DNA from: Dehalococcoidia bacterium
Lineage (GTDB): Bacteria; Chloroflexota; Dehalococcoidia; UBA2979
Direction: 5' to 3'
Assembly (NCBI GenBank): GCA_965262725.1
Contig: OZ253555.1
Location: 480,001-544,000, forward strand
Length of the DNA stretch: 64,000 nucleotides
Below, piece by piece: positions 30,050-41,300 of the stretch (position 1 is its first letter; each line of letters starts with the position of its first letter). A model generated the notes under the pieces. The model was not told where the DNA came from, made no database searches, and was given only the letters and a program-made list of their open reading frames with translations. A program made the translations under genes and the position numbers.

Positions 30050-30916
30050 CTACTCGTTGCGGAGCGCGGCTATCGGGTCGACCGCGGTCGCGCGGTAGGC
30101 GGGGTAGCTCCCGCTCGCGAAGCCCACGACCGCCGCGACCAGGAAGGCGGCGGCGATGCTCCACGGCTGGATCAGCGTCGTCATCGCCTGGCCCCCCAGC
30201 TCGCGCCCGTCGAGGAGGAGCGAGGTGCCGATCCCGATCGCGATGCCGACCACGCCTCCGACGAGGCTCGAGGTCAGCGCCTCGATCACGAACTGGGTCA
30301 CGATATCGCCCGTGGTGGCGCCCACCGCGCGGCGGATCCCGATCTCCCGCGTTCGCTCCGTCACGGAGACGAGCATGATGTTCATGACCCCGATCCCGCC
30401 GACGAGCAGCGAGATGCCGGCGACGCTCCCGAGCAGCAGGGAGAGGGTGTTGCTGACCTCGGTCGCGGCGCTGATCAGGTCGTCCTGGCTCTGGATCACA
30501 AAGTCGGGCTCGGCGGTGTCGTGGAGGAAGAGCAGCAGCTCGCCGAGTTGCTCCTTGACCCGCGTCTCGTCGGCTCCGTCCGCCGTCTGGACGTCGATCT
30601 GCGTGACCCGGAGGTCGCCGGTCGGCGTGAAGAGGAAGCGCAGCCGGTTGGCGATGCCGCCCAGGGAGACGAAGACCTGATCGTTCGCCTCGCTCGCTCC
30701 CCCCTGCTCCTTAAGCACGCCGATGACGAGGAAGGCGAGCGTGATCCGCCCGTTCGCGAAGGAGAGCCGGACCTCCTGTCCCAGCGGATCGACGCCGGGG
30801 TAGAGCGTCTCGGCGACGCGCGCCCCCAGCACCGCGACCAGCGAGCTGCTCTCGTCGTGGCGCGGCGTGATGAACGAGCCCGACCGGGTGGCCAGGTCGC
30901 GCACCTCGGCGTAGGG
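30050..30916 (-). pseudogene. 5'-truncated MacB/FtsX-type ABC permease
   Basis: ISLLVGGIGVMNIMLVSVTERTREIGIRRAVGA and DPIAALRNE are present. Homology begins mid-periplasmic domain (YAEVRDL...GSFI); no TM1, credible start or ATPase gene before the hrcA promoter. Confidence 0.7.
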
Positions 30917-30947
30917 GCCCTCCGGACGCGGCTCGGGCGCGGATGCG

Positions 30948-30977
30948 TTGACCGCTCTCGGCCCCCGGCGGTAGGGT
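30948..30977 (+). promoter_or_regulatory. Promoter of the hrcA operon
   Basis: TTGACC, 18 nt, TAGGGT just upstream of CIRCE. Confidence 0.55.
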
Positions 30978-30990
30978 AGTGAGGCGGCAA

Positions 30991-31017
30991 TTGGCACTCT
31001 CGACATGAGAGTGCTAG
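30991..31017 (+). promoter_or_regulatory. CIRCE operator (HrcA site)
   Basis: TTGGCACTC-N9-GAGTGCTAG versus consensus TTAGCACTC-N9-GAGTGCTAA, upstream of hrcA. Confidence 0.93.
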
Positions 31018-31095
31018 TCCGGGATGCGGTCCGGGATGCGGTCCGGGATGCGGTCCGGGATGCGGTCCGGGATGCGGTCCGGGATGCGGTCCGGG
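31017..31095 (+). repeat. Perfect 12-bp tandem repeat (GTCCGGGATGCG)x6 plus a partial unit in the hrcA leader
   Basis: Directly visible; starts at the last base of CIRCE. Confidence 0.97.
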
Positions 31096-31148
31096 GCGGA
31101 CGGCACGCGTACGCCCCGTCGCACCGCTGGATAGCGAGATGGTGGCGG

Positions 31149-32162
31149 GTGCTGACCGAGCGTCGTGAGTCGCTGCTGGGCCTCGTCGTCGACGAATACG
31201 TCGCGACGGCTCTTCCCGTGAGTTCGCGCGCGCTCGTGGCGCGCCACAGCCTCGGCGTCTCGCCGGCCACGGTGCGCAACGAGCTCGCCAAGCTCGAGGA
31301 CGAGGGTTACATCACCCACCCCCACACCTCGGCGGGGCGCATCCCCTCGGATCGCGGTTACCGCTACTACATCGAGGTGCTGATGGCGGAGGAGCCGCTC
31401 GAGGCGGACGAGGTCCGCACGATCGCGCACCAGTTCCACCAGGCGGAGGGGAGCCTCGACGACTGGCTGGTGCTCGCGGCGGCGGTGCTCGCCGCCTCCG
31501 TGGCGAACGCGGTGGTCGTGACGCGCCCGCACAGCCCTCTGCCTCACGTCCGCAACGTGCAGCTGGTGCAGCTCCGGCGCGACGCGGCGCTGATGGTGGT
31601 GGTGCTCGACGACGGCGCCGTGCGCGAGCACGTGCTGCCGCTTCTCGGCACCACCGAGCAGGCCGACCTCCACGCCCTCGCCGAACTGCTCGGCGAGCAC
31701 GTGGGGGGTCGCTCCGCCTCCGCCATCCGGCAGGAGGCCGAGTCGATGGAGGACGAGGGGCTACGGGCGCTCGCGACGGCGGTCGCCGAGCTCGCGGAGG
31801 AGCACCGCACCTGGCAGGAGACCTTCCTGGAGGGGCTCCCCGCGCTCCTCGCGCAGCCCGAGTTCCAGAGCGGGGAGCGGATGCTCGCCGCGGTGCGCCG
31901 GCTCGAGAGCTACGAGGTGGGCCGGCTGCTCGCGGCGGCGGATCCCCCCGCCCCCGGCGATACGCGCGTTGTGATCGGGAGCGAGAACCCGCACAGCGAG
32001 ATGCGCGACTGGAGCATGGTCGTCTCCCGCTACGGCGACGACGACGCGACCGGGACGGTGGCGGTGGTCGGGCCCACGCGCATGCACTACGAGCGAACGA
32101 TCCCGCGCGTGCGCTTCGTCGCGGCGCTGATGGGGAACCTCTTGCACGAGGCGCGGTCGTAG
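31149..32162 (+). CDS. hrcA: Heat-inducible transcription repressor
   Basis: LTERR...PVSSR...SPATVRNEL...HTSAGRIPSDRGYRYY; GPTRMHY. Confidence 0.95.
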   Translation: MLTERRESLLGLVVDEYVATALPVSSRALVARHSLGVSPATVRNELAKLEDEGYITHPHTSAGRIPSDRGYRYYIEVLMAEEPLEADEVRTIAHQFHQAEGSLDDWLVLAAAVLAASVANAVVVTRPHSPLPHVRNVQLVQLRRDAALMVVVLDDGAVREHVLPLLGTTEQADLHALAELLGEHVGGRSASAIRQEAESMEDEGLRALATAVAELAEEHRTWQETFLEGLPALLAQPEFQSGERMLAAVRRLESYEVGRLLAAADPPAPGDTRVVIGSENPHSEMRDWSMVVSRYGDDDATGTVAVVGPTRMHYERTIPRVRFVAALMGNLLHEARS

Positions 32163-32204
32163 CGCCGCCGCCTCGGCGGCGTGGCGCTGCGGGAGGGATG
32201 AGAG

Positions 32205-32894
32205 ATGCCGGCTGAGGCCGAGCAGGAGACGGGGGCGCCCGGGTCAGAGGCCGGGGCGCCGCCCGATGAGGCGGCGGCGTCCGCATCCGACGGCGAGTCG
32301 CCCGAGGCAGCGGGCGCGCCGGATGCAGGCGGGGCCGCTCTGGCGGCCGACGTGGAGGAGCTCCGGGGCGAGGTCGCCGACTACCGCGCGCGCTGGATGC
32401 GCGCCGTCGCCGACTACCAGAACCTGAGGCGGCGCTCCGCCGAGGAGCGCTCAGAGCTCCGGATGCAGCTCCTGGCCGGGCTGGTCGGGGGCTACCTGGG
32501 GGTGCTCGACGACCTGGACCGGGCGCTCGGCTCGCTTGAGCAGCACGAGGAGCTCTCCGGCCACCCCTGGGTGAGCGGCGTGGTGCTGGTGGGGCAGAAG
32601 TTCGCCTCGCTGCTCGAGGAGAGCGGCGTGAGTGAGATCGCGGCGGAGGGCGAGCCCTTCGACCCGAGGCGGCACGAGGCGATCGGCTACCAGCCGGGTC
32701 CGGAGGGTCTGGTGGTGGCGGTCGCGCAGCGCGGGTTCGAGGCGGGATCGCAGGTCGTGCGGCCCGCGCGGGTCGTGGTCGGAGACGGCTCCGTCGCTCT
32801 GGGCGACCCGGCGGTCGCGGGGGACGCGGACGCGCCCCCGGGGCCCGGGGGCGGTGAGCCCACCGGCGCTGCGGACGGGGACGGCGGGGGCTAG
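32205..32894 (+). CDS. grpE: Nucleotide exchange factor GrpE
   Basis: RAVADYQNLRRR, FDPRRHEA, VVRPARVVV. Confidence 0.93.
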   Translation: MPAEAEQETGAPGSEAGAPPDEAAASASDGESPEAAGAPDAGGAALAADVEELRGEVADYRARWMRAVADYQNLRRRSAEERSELRMQLLAGLVGGYLGVLDDLDRALGSLEQHEELSGHPWVSGVVLVGQKFASLLEESGVSEIAAEGEPFDPRRHEAIGYQPGPEGLVVAVAQRGFEAGSQVVRPARVVVGDGSVALGDPAVAGDADAPPGPGGGEPTGAADGDGGG

Positions 32895-32999
32895 CTCGAA
32901 CGCGCCGGCCGCGGTGTCGCGGTCAGGCGAAGGCGAAGGTCACAGACGGGCGCGGTCGTTCCCCCCGGGGAGCGGGCGCGCCAGGGGGAGGTGGGGACG

Positions 33000-34910
<1,911 letters not shown>

Positions 34911-35055
34911 GCAGAGCGCGCGCACTACCTTCTGGCACGCGCGGGCTCGTGTCCGCCGTCAGCGTGCTGGCGGTCAGCGTTGAGCCGTCGGAGAGGACCC
35001 GTGCGCACGGACCGGCTGATGCCCGGAGCGTGGAAGCCGGTACACTGATCGCTTG

Positions 35056-36174
35056 ATGACCACGAAGCAGGATCTCTACGACGTGCTCGGCGTCTCCCGG
35101 GAGGCCTCCCAGGAGGAGATCAAGCGCGCCTTCCGGCGCCTCGCGATGGAGTACCACCCCGACCGCAACAAGTCGGAGGGGGCGGAGGGACGCTTCAAGG
35201 AGATTGCCGGCGCCTACGAGGTTCTCTCCGATCCGGAGAAGCGCGGGCGCTACGACCGCTTCGGCGAGGCCGGTCTCAACGGCGGGCAGGCACAGGGCTT
35301 CCAGGGCTTCGAGGGGTTCGCCGGCTTCGGCGACATCTTCGACGCCTTCTTCCGCGGGACGGCGTCGCAGCGCTCGGCGCCGCAGCGCGGCTCCGACCTC
35401 CGCCTCGAGGTCGAGCTCGACTTCGAGGAGGCCGTCTTCGGCGTCGAGCGCGAGCTGGCCTACGACCGCGTCGAGGCCTGCGACGATTGCCGGGCGACCG
35501 GCCAGCGCCGGGGGAGCGATCTCTCCACCTGTCCCGAATGCAACGGACAGGGCGAGCTCCGCCGCGTGGAGCGCTCGGTCTTCGGGCAGTTCGTGAACGT
35601 CGCCGCCTGCGGGCGCTGCCGCGGCCAGGGCCGCATCGTCACCGACCCCTGCACGACCTGCCGCGGGCGCGGCCAGCGCCGCGCGGAGTCCAGGCGCAGC
35701 GTCCGGATCCCGGCGGGCATCGACGATGGATCGCAGATCCGCCTCTCCGGCGGGGGAAGCGCGGGCAACCACGGGGGTCCTCCGGGCCACCTCTACGTGC
35801 AGGTCGCGGTGCGCCCGCACGAGGAGTTCGAGCGCGCCGGAGACGACCTGCTCTACGAGCTCCCGCTGAACGTGGCGCAGGCGGCCCTCGGCGTCACCGC
35901 GGCGGTGCCCACGCTCGAGGGCGACGACATCGAGCTCGACATCAAGGCCGGCACGCAACACGGCGCGCTCTTTCCCCTGCGCGGCCGCGGCGTCCCGCAC
36001 GTGCGCGGGTCAGGCCGCGGCGACCTCATCGTGCGCGCCCACGTGGTCACGCCGACGAAGCTCTCGGCTCAGCAGCGCAACCTCATGCAGGAGCTCGCCG
36101 AGTCGCTGGGGACGCCGGCGATGCCGGCGGACGGCGGCTCCATACTGAGTCGCATTCGCGACGCCCTGGGCTAG
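35056..36174 (+). CDS. dnaJ: Chaperone DnaJ
   Basis: J-domain HPD, G/F region, four CxxCxGxG-type motifs. Confidence 0.97.
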   Translation: MTTKQDLYDVLGVSREASQEEIKRAFRRLAMEYHPDRNKSEGAEGRFKEIAGAYEVLSDPEKRGRYDRFGEAGLNGGQAQGFQGFEGFAGFGDIFDAFFRGTASQRSAPQRGSDLRLEVELDFEEAVFGVERELAYDRVEACDDCRATGQRRGSDLSTCPECNGQGELRRVERSVFGQFVNVAACGRCRGQGRIVTDPCTTCRGRGQRRAESRRSVRIPAGIDDGSQIRLSGGGSAGNHGGPPGHLYVQVAVRPHEEFERAGDDLLYELPLNVAQAALGVTAAVPTLEGDDIELDIKAGTQHGALFPLRGRGVPHVRGSGRGDLIVRAHVVTPTKLSAQQRNLMQELAESLGTPAMPADGGSILSRIRDALG

Positions 36175-36180
36175 ATCCGC

Positions 36181-37290
36181 ATGAGCGCTCCGCCCGCCGG
36201 AGACGCGGCCGCGGGTGATCCCCTCGAACAGACCACGTCCGGCAGCGATACCCCGGGCAGCGCTGCCGCTGGCGGCGTCGGCGCGGCGTCGGGGCGCTGG
36301 GTCGAGGTCCGCGTCCTGGTCGCGCCTGCCGACTCCGAGCCGGTGGCAGCGGCCCTGGGCGAGCTCGCGGGCTCGGGCGCGTCCATCGAGGAAGGTCCCC
36401 CCTCCGGAGACGACCCCGCAGGCGCCCCGGGGGGAGGTGACGGGAGCCGCGCGCTCGTGCGCGTCTGGATCCCCGTCCCGCCGGGGGCCGACGCCGGCTG
36501 GGAGCGCGAGGCCCGGAACGCGGTGGCAGCCACCCTCGCCCGGCTCACTCTCGCCGAGCCCTGCTCGCCCGAGACCGCGCTCGTTGAGCCTCCCGACTGG
36601 GCACGGGAGTGGCGCCGCTTCTACCGCCCGCTCCGCATCGGTCGCCGCCTGGTGATCTGCCCGCCGTGGGAGCGCCCCGTGCTCGCGCGGGGCGAGGTCT
36701 CCGTCGTGATCGACCCGGGCCGCGCCTTTGGCACGGGGCACCATGAGAGCACCCGGCTCTGCCTGGGGGCGCTCGAGTCGCAGCTGGTTCCGGGCTGGGA
36801 CGTGATCGACCTGGGAACGGGTTCGGGGATCCTGGCCGTGGCGGCGGCCCGGCTCGGCGCCGCCTCCGTGCGGGCGCTCGACATCGATCCCGAGGCCGTG
36901 GGGGTGGCGCGGGAGAGCATGGCGCGAAACGGCGTCTCCGGGCGCGTCGTGGCGGCGGTGGGATCACTGGGCCCCGCGTGGCCCTGGCCCGCGTCCGCCG
37001 GCCGCCCGGCCGACCTCGTGCTCGCGAATCTCTCGGAGCCTCTCCTCCGCGACCTCGTCTGGGAGATCGCGCGCGTGGTGAGGCCGGGCGGACTGCTCAT
37101 CGCCGCCGGCTACCTCGACCGCGACGAGCCGGCGGTTGAGGCGGCGCTCGCCTCCGCCGGGCTTCGGACTCTCCGCGTCGTGGCGGAGGGGGAGTGGCGC
37201 TGCCATGTGGCGGTGGTGGAGCCGCGGGCGCAGGAAGCCGGCCCGGGCCGCGCTCAGGGCTCGCCGTATAGTGGGCGCCGACGCGTCTGA
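36181..37290 (+). CDS. prmA: Ribosomal protein L11 methyltransferase
   Basis: DPGRAFGTGHHESTRLC, DLGTGSGILA, LDID, LANL; follows dnaJ. Confidence 0.92.
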   Translation: MSAPPAGDAAAGDPLEQTTSGSDTPGSAAAGGVGAASGRWVEVRVLVAPADSEPVAAALGELAGSGASIEEGPPSGDDPAGAPGGGDGSRALVRVWIPVPPGADAGWEREARNAVAATLARLTLAEPCSPETALVEPPDWAREWRRFYRPLRIGRRLVICPPWERPVLARGEVSVVIDPGRAFGTGHHESTRLCLGALESQLVPGWDVIDLGTGSGILAVAAARLGAASVRALDIDPEAVGVARESMARNGVSGRVVAAVGSLGPAWPWPASAGRPADLVLANLSEPLLRDLVWEIARVVRPGGLLIAAGYLDRDEPAVEAALASAGLRTLRVVAEGEWRCHVAVVEPRAQEAGPGRAQGSPYSGRRRV

Positions 37291-37445
37291 CCCATGCCAC
37301 GGGCCGCGTCTCGCGGGATCCTCCGGCGCGGGCGCGATATGACGAGTGAGGCAGCGGATGCTGCTCAGCCGGCCGGGGCGATCGTGAGCCGCGCGGGCAC
37401 GGCCCTGCTGCTGCGCCGATCGCCCCGGCCGCTGTGCCCGCCGGG

Positions 37446-37883
37446 CTACTCTCGACTCAAGGGTGGGTCGTGTGTGAAGGGGCTGATCACGGAGAGGGTA
37501 TCGATGCGCTGTCCGTCGGCGAGGTCTTCCGTGAGCAGGAATTCGCAGCCAGCCCGCTGAGCGGCGGCAACGATCAGTGCATCCCAATGGGAGATCTGCG
37601 CGGCGCCGCCGATCTCAAGCGCGTTTGAGACGAGACTCGCGTTGATCGGGAGCGGGTTCCACGTGATGAGCCTATCGATGTCGGCTCGGGCATCGTCCGG
37701 CGACATCCCGGGCGCGAGCCGACCCGTGACCGTGACGTAGTACTCATTCAGCACCTGGGCACTCACACGCCCCTCGCGGGACGCCCAGAGGTGCTCCATC
37801 CACGCACGAGCCTGTTGCTGCTTGTCGGGATCATGAGTGTCCCGCGCGTACACCAGGACGTTGGTGTCAACGAAGATACTCAC
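37446..37883 (-). CDS. PIN-domain toxin (VapC-like)
   Basis: FVDTNVLVYA, SAQVLNEYY, SHWDALIVAAA, LLTEDL. Confidence 0.9.
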   Translation of the reverse strand: MSIFVDTNVLVYARDTHDPDKQQQARAWMEHLWASREGRVSAQVLNEYYVTVTGRLAPGMSPDDARADIDRLITWNPLPINASLVSNALEIGGAAQISHWDALIVAAAQRAGCEFLLTEDLADGQRIDTLSVISPFTHDPPLSRE

Positions 37884-38110
37884 CGTCCGTGCAACTCGGC
37901 GCGGGATGGATAGGCAGTAGATCGGGAGCTGATGTCCGCGGGCTCTTGTGCGAGATAGGACCGCCGAGCCTGTTCGTAGAGGTCGTCACGAACTCTATGC
38001 TCCCGGAGCAGGCCGCCCACCAGTCGTGACACGCTCGTGTCCCGGCGCGCGGCCTCGATCCGCGTCCAGCGAGCGGTCTCGTCGTCGAGGGTGATGGTCA
38101 CGTTTCTCAC
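37880..38110 (-). CDS. Ribbon-helix-helix antitoxin (VapB/CopG-like)
   Basis: MRNVTITLDDE...AARRDTSVSRLV...SRAELHGR; overlaps the toxin start. Confidence 0.85.
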   Translation of the reverse strand: MRNVTITLDDETARWTRIEAARRDTSVSRLVGGLLREHRVRDDLYEQARRSYLAQEPADISSRSTAYPSRAELHGR

Positions 38111-38315
38111 GAAGTGAGTGTAGCACGAAGATCGTGGTCCGGCATACGGTCACACCACACCCGTGCGGCACTCGCTGGTGGTCCCCCGGGGGGCGGTTGG
38201 GGGGCGCACTGCGCCATCGCCGGAGCGGTTTCGAGGCTCGCCATGCGTACGAGTGTGAAGGCGGTCGGCGGCATCCCGGCTCGGCGGGCGTCCCCGTGCG
38301 CGAGATCGAGCAGCC

Positions 38316-41300
38316 TCAGCGGTCCCCGCCGCCGTCCGTGCCGGCTTCAGGTGGCCCATCGCTCTTCGCGAGCAGGGGCGTCGCGGCGGGGAGGCCATCC
38401 GGGTAGAGCTCGCGGAAGGATCGGTTCACGAAGTCCGGCGCCCCGAGAATCAGGGGGACGAAGGCGCCGTCGTCGAGGGCGTAGAGGGCCGCGACGTGCC
38501 GGCCCTCCGCGCACACCACCAGCTCCGCGGCGCTCCCTCCCTCGTAGAGGACGAGGCTGAAGCCCGCGGCGACGACTCCGTGCAGGCACTCCGGCCGGGG
38601 TTCGGCTCCGCCCTCATCCCGGGGGCGACCGCCGCCGGTGTCGGGCGAGGACGGCCCGTCGCTTCGTGCGAGCAGGGGCGTGTCGGCGGGGAGGCCGCCC
38701 GCGTAGAGCTCGCGGAAGGATCGGTTCACGAAGTCCGGCGCCCCGAGGATGTAGGGGACGACGGCGCCGTCGTGCGTGGCGTAGAGGGCGGTGACCTGCC
38801 GGCCCGCGGCGCAGGGCACGAGATCCTCGACGCTCCCGCCTGCGTAGGTGAGGAAGCTGAAGCCCACGGCGACCTCGCCGCGCAGGCACACCGGGGCGGG
38901 CCCCGCCGCTTCCTCCTCGCCGAGGATCAGGCGATAGACGCGCGTGCGAGTGCCGTCCGGCGAGGTCACGGTGATGGTGATCTCGCGCCCCGGGAGCAGC
39001 CGCACGTGGTACCCGTTCTCCGGGTCGCCGTCGTGGTCCGGCGGATCGATCCCCACAGACGCGCCGGGCTGGGCCGGCGCCGCCGTCAGGGTCGCGATGT
39101 TGCCGTCGGGGATTGTGTCGCTCGCATAGTCGTACCGCAGCGGTGAGAACTCCCCGAAGTCGACGCCGCTCAGACTCAGCGACGCGAGTCGGGCGTCGGC
39201 GGCGTCCGGCATGTTGTAGCTATAGACCCTGCCGTCGCTGGCATCGGCGACGTACATGACGTCTCCGTCGGACCAGAGGCCGCGCGGGCTGTTGTTGCTG
39301 GCCCGGCTCAGCTTCCTGAACTCCTCGCCCGAGATGCGTTCGAGCGGCGTCGGCTCGGCGTCCTCCGCCACGGGCGCAGCGGGCCGCGCCGGAAGGCGGT
39401 AGGCGTGGAGCCACTTGGTGATGTGGTCCGACACCCAGACGGTGACGCCGTCGGACCAGATCCCGTGCGGGGCGTCGTTGGAGGAGTCGAGGGCGTACTC
39501 GGCGGTCCGCTCGCCGCTCTCGAGGTCGTGCGCGAAGAGCTTCTCCTGGCCGCTGTCGGAGATCCAGATGGTGCTGCGGTCGGACCAGACCCCACGCGGC
39601 GCGAGGTTGGTCTCGTCGAGCTCGAACTCGCGGTCCTCCACCCGCTCGCCGCTTGTGACGTCGTATGCGTAGATGGCGTCGTCGGCGCCCTGGCCGTTCT
39701 CGGCGATCCAGAGCGTGGCGCCATCGGACCAGGAGCCGGTGGGCTCGTCGTTGTCCGGGTCGAGCTCCTCGATGTCGCGGGTCACGTTCCACTCGAAGTC
39801 CAGGATGCTCGGGCTCGGCCCCGACGGCCCGCCGCCACCACCGCCGCCGATGGCGATGCGCGGCGCGGTCGCCTGCTCGCCGGTGGTGATGGTCACGTCA
39901 ATTCCGTCGGAGTCGCCGGATGGGTCGCGGGCCGTCACGCTCACGGCGTAGGAGGGCCGGATGGCGGGGTCCAGCACGACCCCCGCGCCCACCACGATCT
40001 GACCCGTGCCCGCGTCGATGCCGAACGACGCCGCATCGGTACCGGATAGCGTGTAGACGAGCGTGTCGCCGGCATCCGGGTCCGTGGCCGCGACCGGCGC
40101 GCCGACGTGTGCACCCGGCTCGGCGGTCTTCGGGACGGCGCGGACCCCGCTCTCGGTGGAGGGGAATTCCGGCGCTTCGTTCACGTCGGTGACGGTGATG
40201 GTCACCGCGATGGTGGCGGAGGCGAGGGATGGATCGGTGGCGGTGACCGACACGGTGTGGTGGTTCCTCGACTCATGGTTGAGCGGGGCACGCGTCCACA
40301 ACTGGCCGGTCCGCTCGTCGATGCCGAAGGATGCCGCATCTGCGCCGCCCAGACGGTAGGTGAGCGTGTCGCCGGGGTCCGTGGCCTCGACGCGTGCGCC
40401 GATGTCCCGGTCTGGAGGTGTGTTCTCGGGCACGCTGCGCCCCCGGGTCTCCGTGGGCGGGAACGCGGGTGCGCTGTTGCTCACGGGCACCGCCCGCACA
40501 CTCTCCGAGACCCGGTCGGCGCTCTTTCCGGAGCCCTCCCGGTCGCCGTAGGAGGCGGCGACCCGCAGGTAGTGGTGCAGGTCGGTGGCGCCCGGGGTGT
40601 AGGTGCGCGACGTGGCTCCGCCGATGGGGGTCCAGCCGCTCGTCCTGTTCAGGGAACGCTCCCACGACCAGGTGATCGCCCCGGAGACGCCGTCGGGGTC
40701 GGCCAGCGTCGACGTCAGCGCGGTGTCAACCTGGGGCTGCAGCGACGAGAGGAGTACCCTCCCGGCTTCGTCGACGTTGGTGACGGTGACGGTCACCGCG
40801 AGCGTGTCCTCGCTGGTCCCGTCGGAGGCGCGAACGGTCACCTGGTAGACGTTGTCGCGGTTGGCGTCTGTCGGGTTCTCGTAGTCCGGCGTCTCGCGGA
40901 GTCTGAGCGCGCCCCGCTCGATCGTGAGGTCGCCGCTGTCGGACCCTGCCAGCGACCAGCCGATCCTGTCGCTCTCCGGGTCGGTGGCGGTGAAGGAACC
41001 GGCGAAGAGGCCGCCTCCTTCCGCGACGGTGATGCCGGGCGCCCCCCCGATGTCCGGTGCTTCGTTCACCTGGCCGACACGAACCGTGACCGCGATGCTG
41101 GCGTCCGTTGCGGGGTCGGGGTGACCGCCGGCGTCCGTGCCGTCACTGACCGACACGAAGAAGGAGTAGCTAGTCCTGGTCTCATAGTCCAGGGGGTGCA
41201 CGGTCCGCAGCTGACCGGTCGTGGAGACGATCTCGAAGGGGTCCGCGCCAGCGCCGCTCACCGCGTACGTGAGCGTGTCGCCGCGGTCCGGGTCCGCGGC

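Noticed and set aside
31017-31095. 12-bp repeat as a CRISPR array
   Set aside because: No spacers, unit too short, no cas genes.
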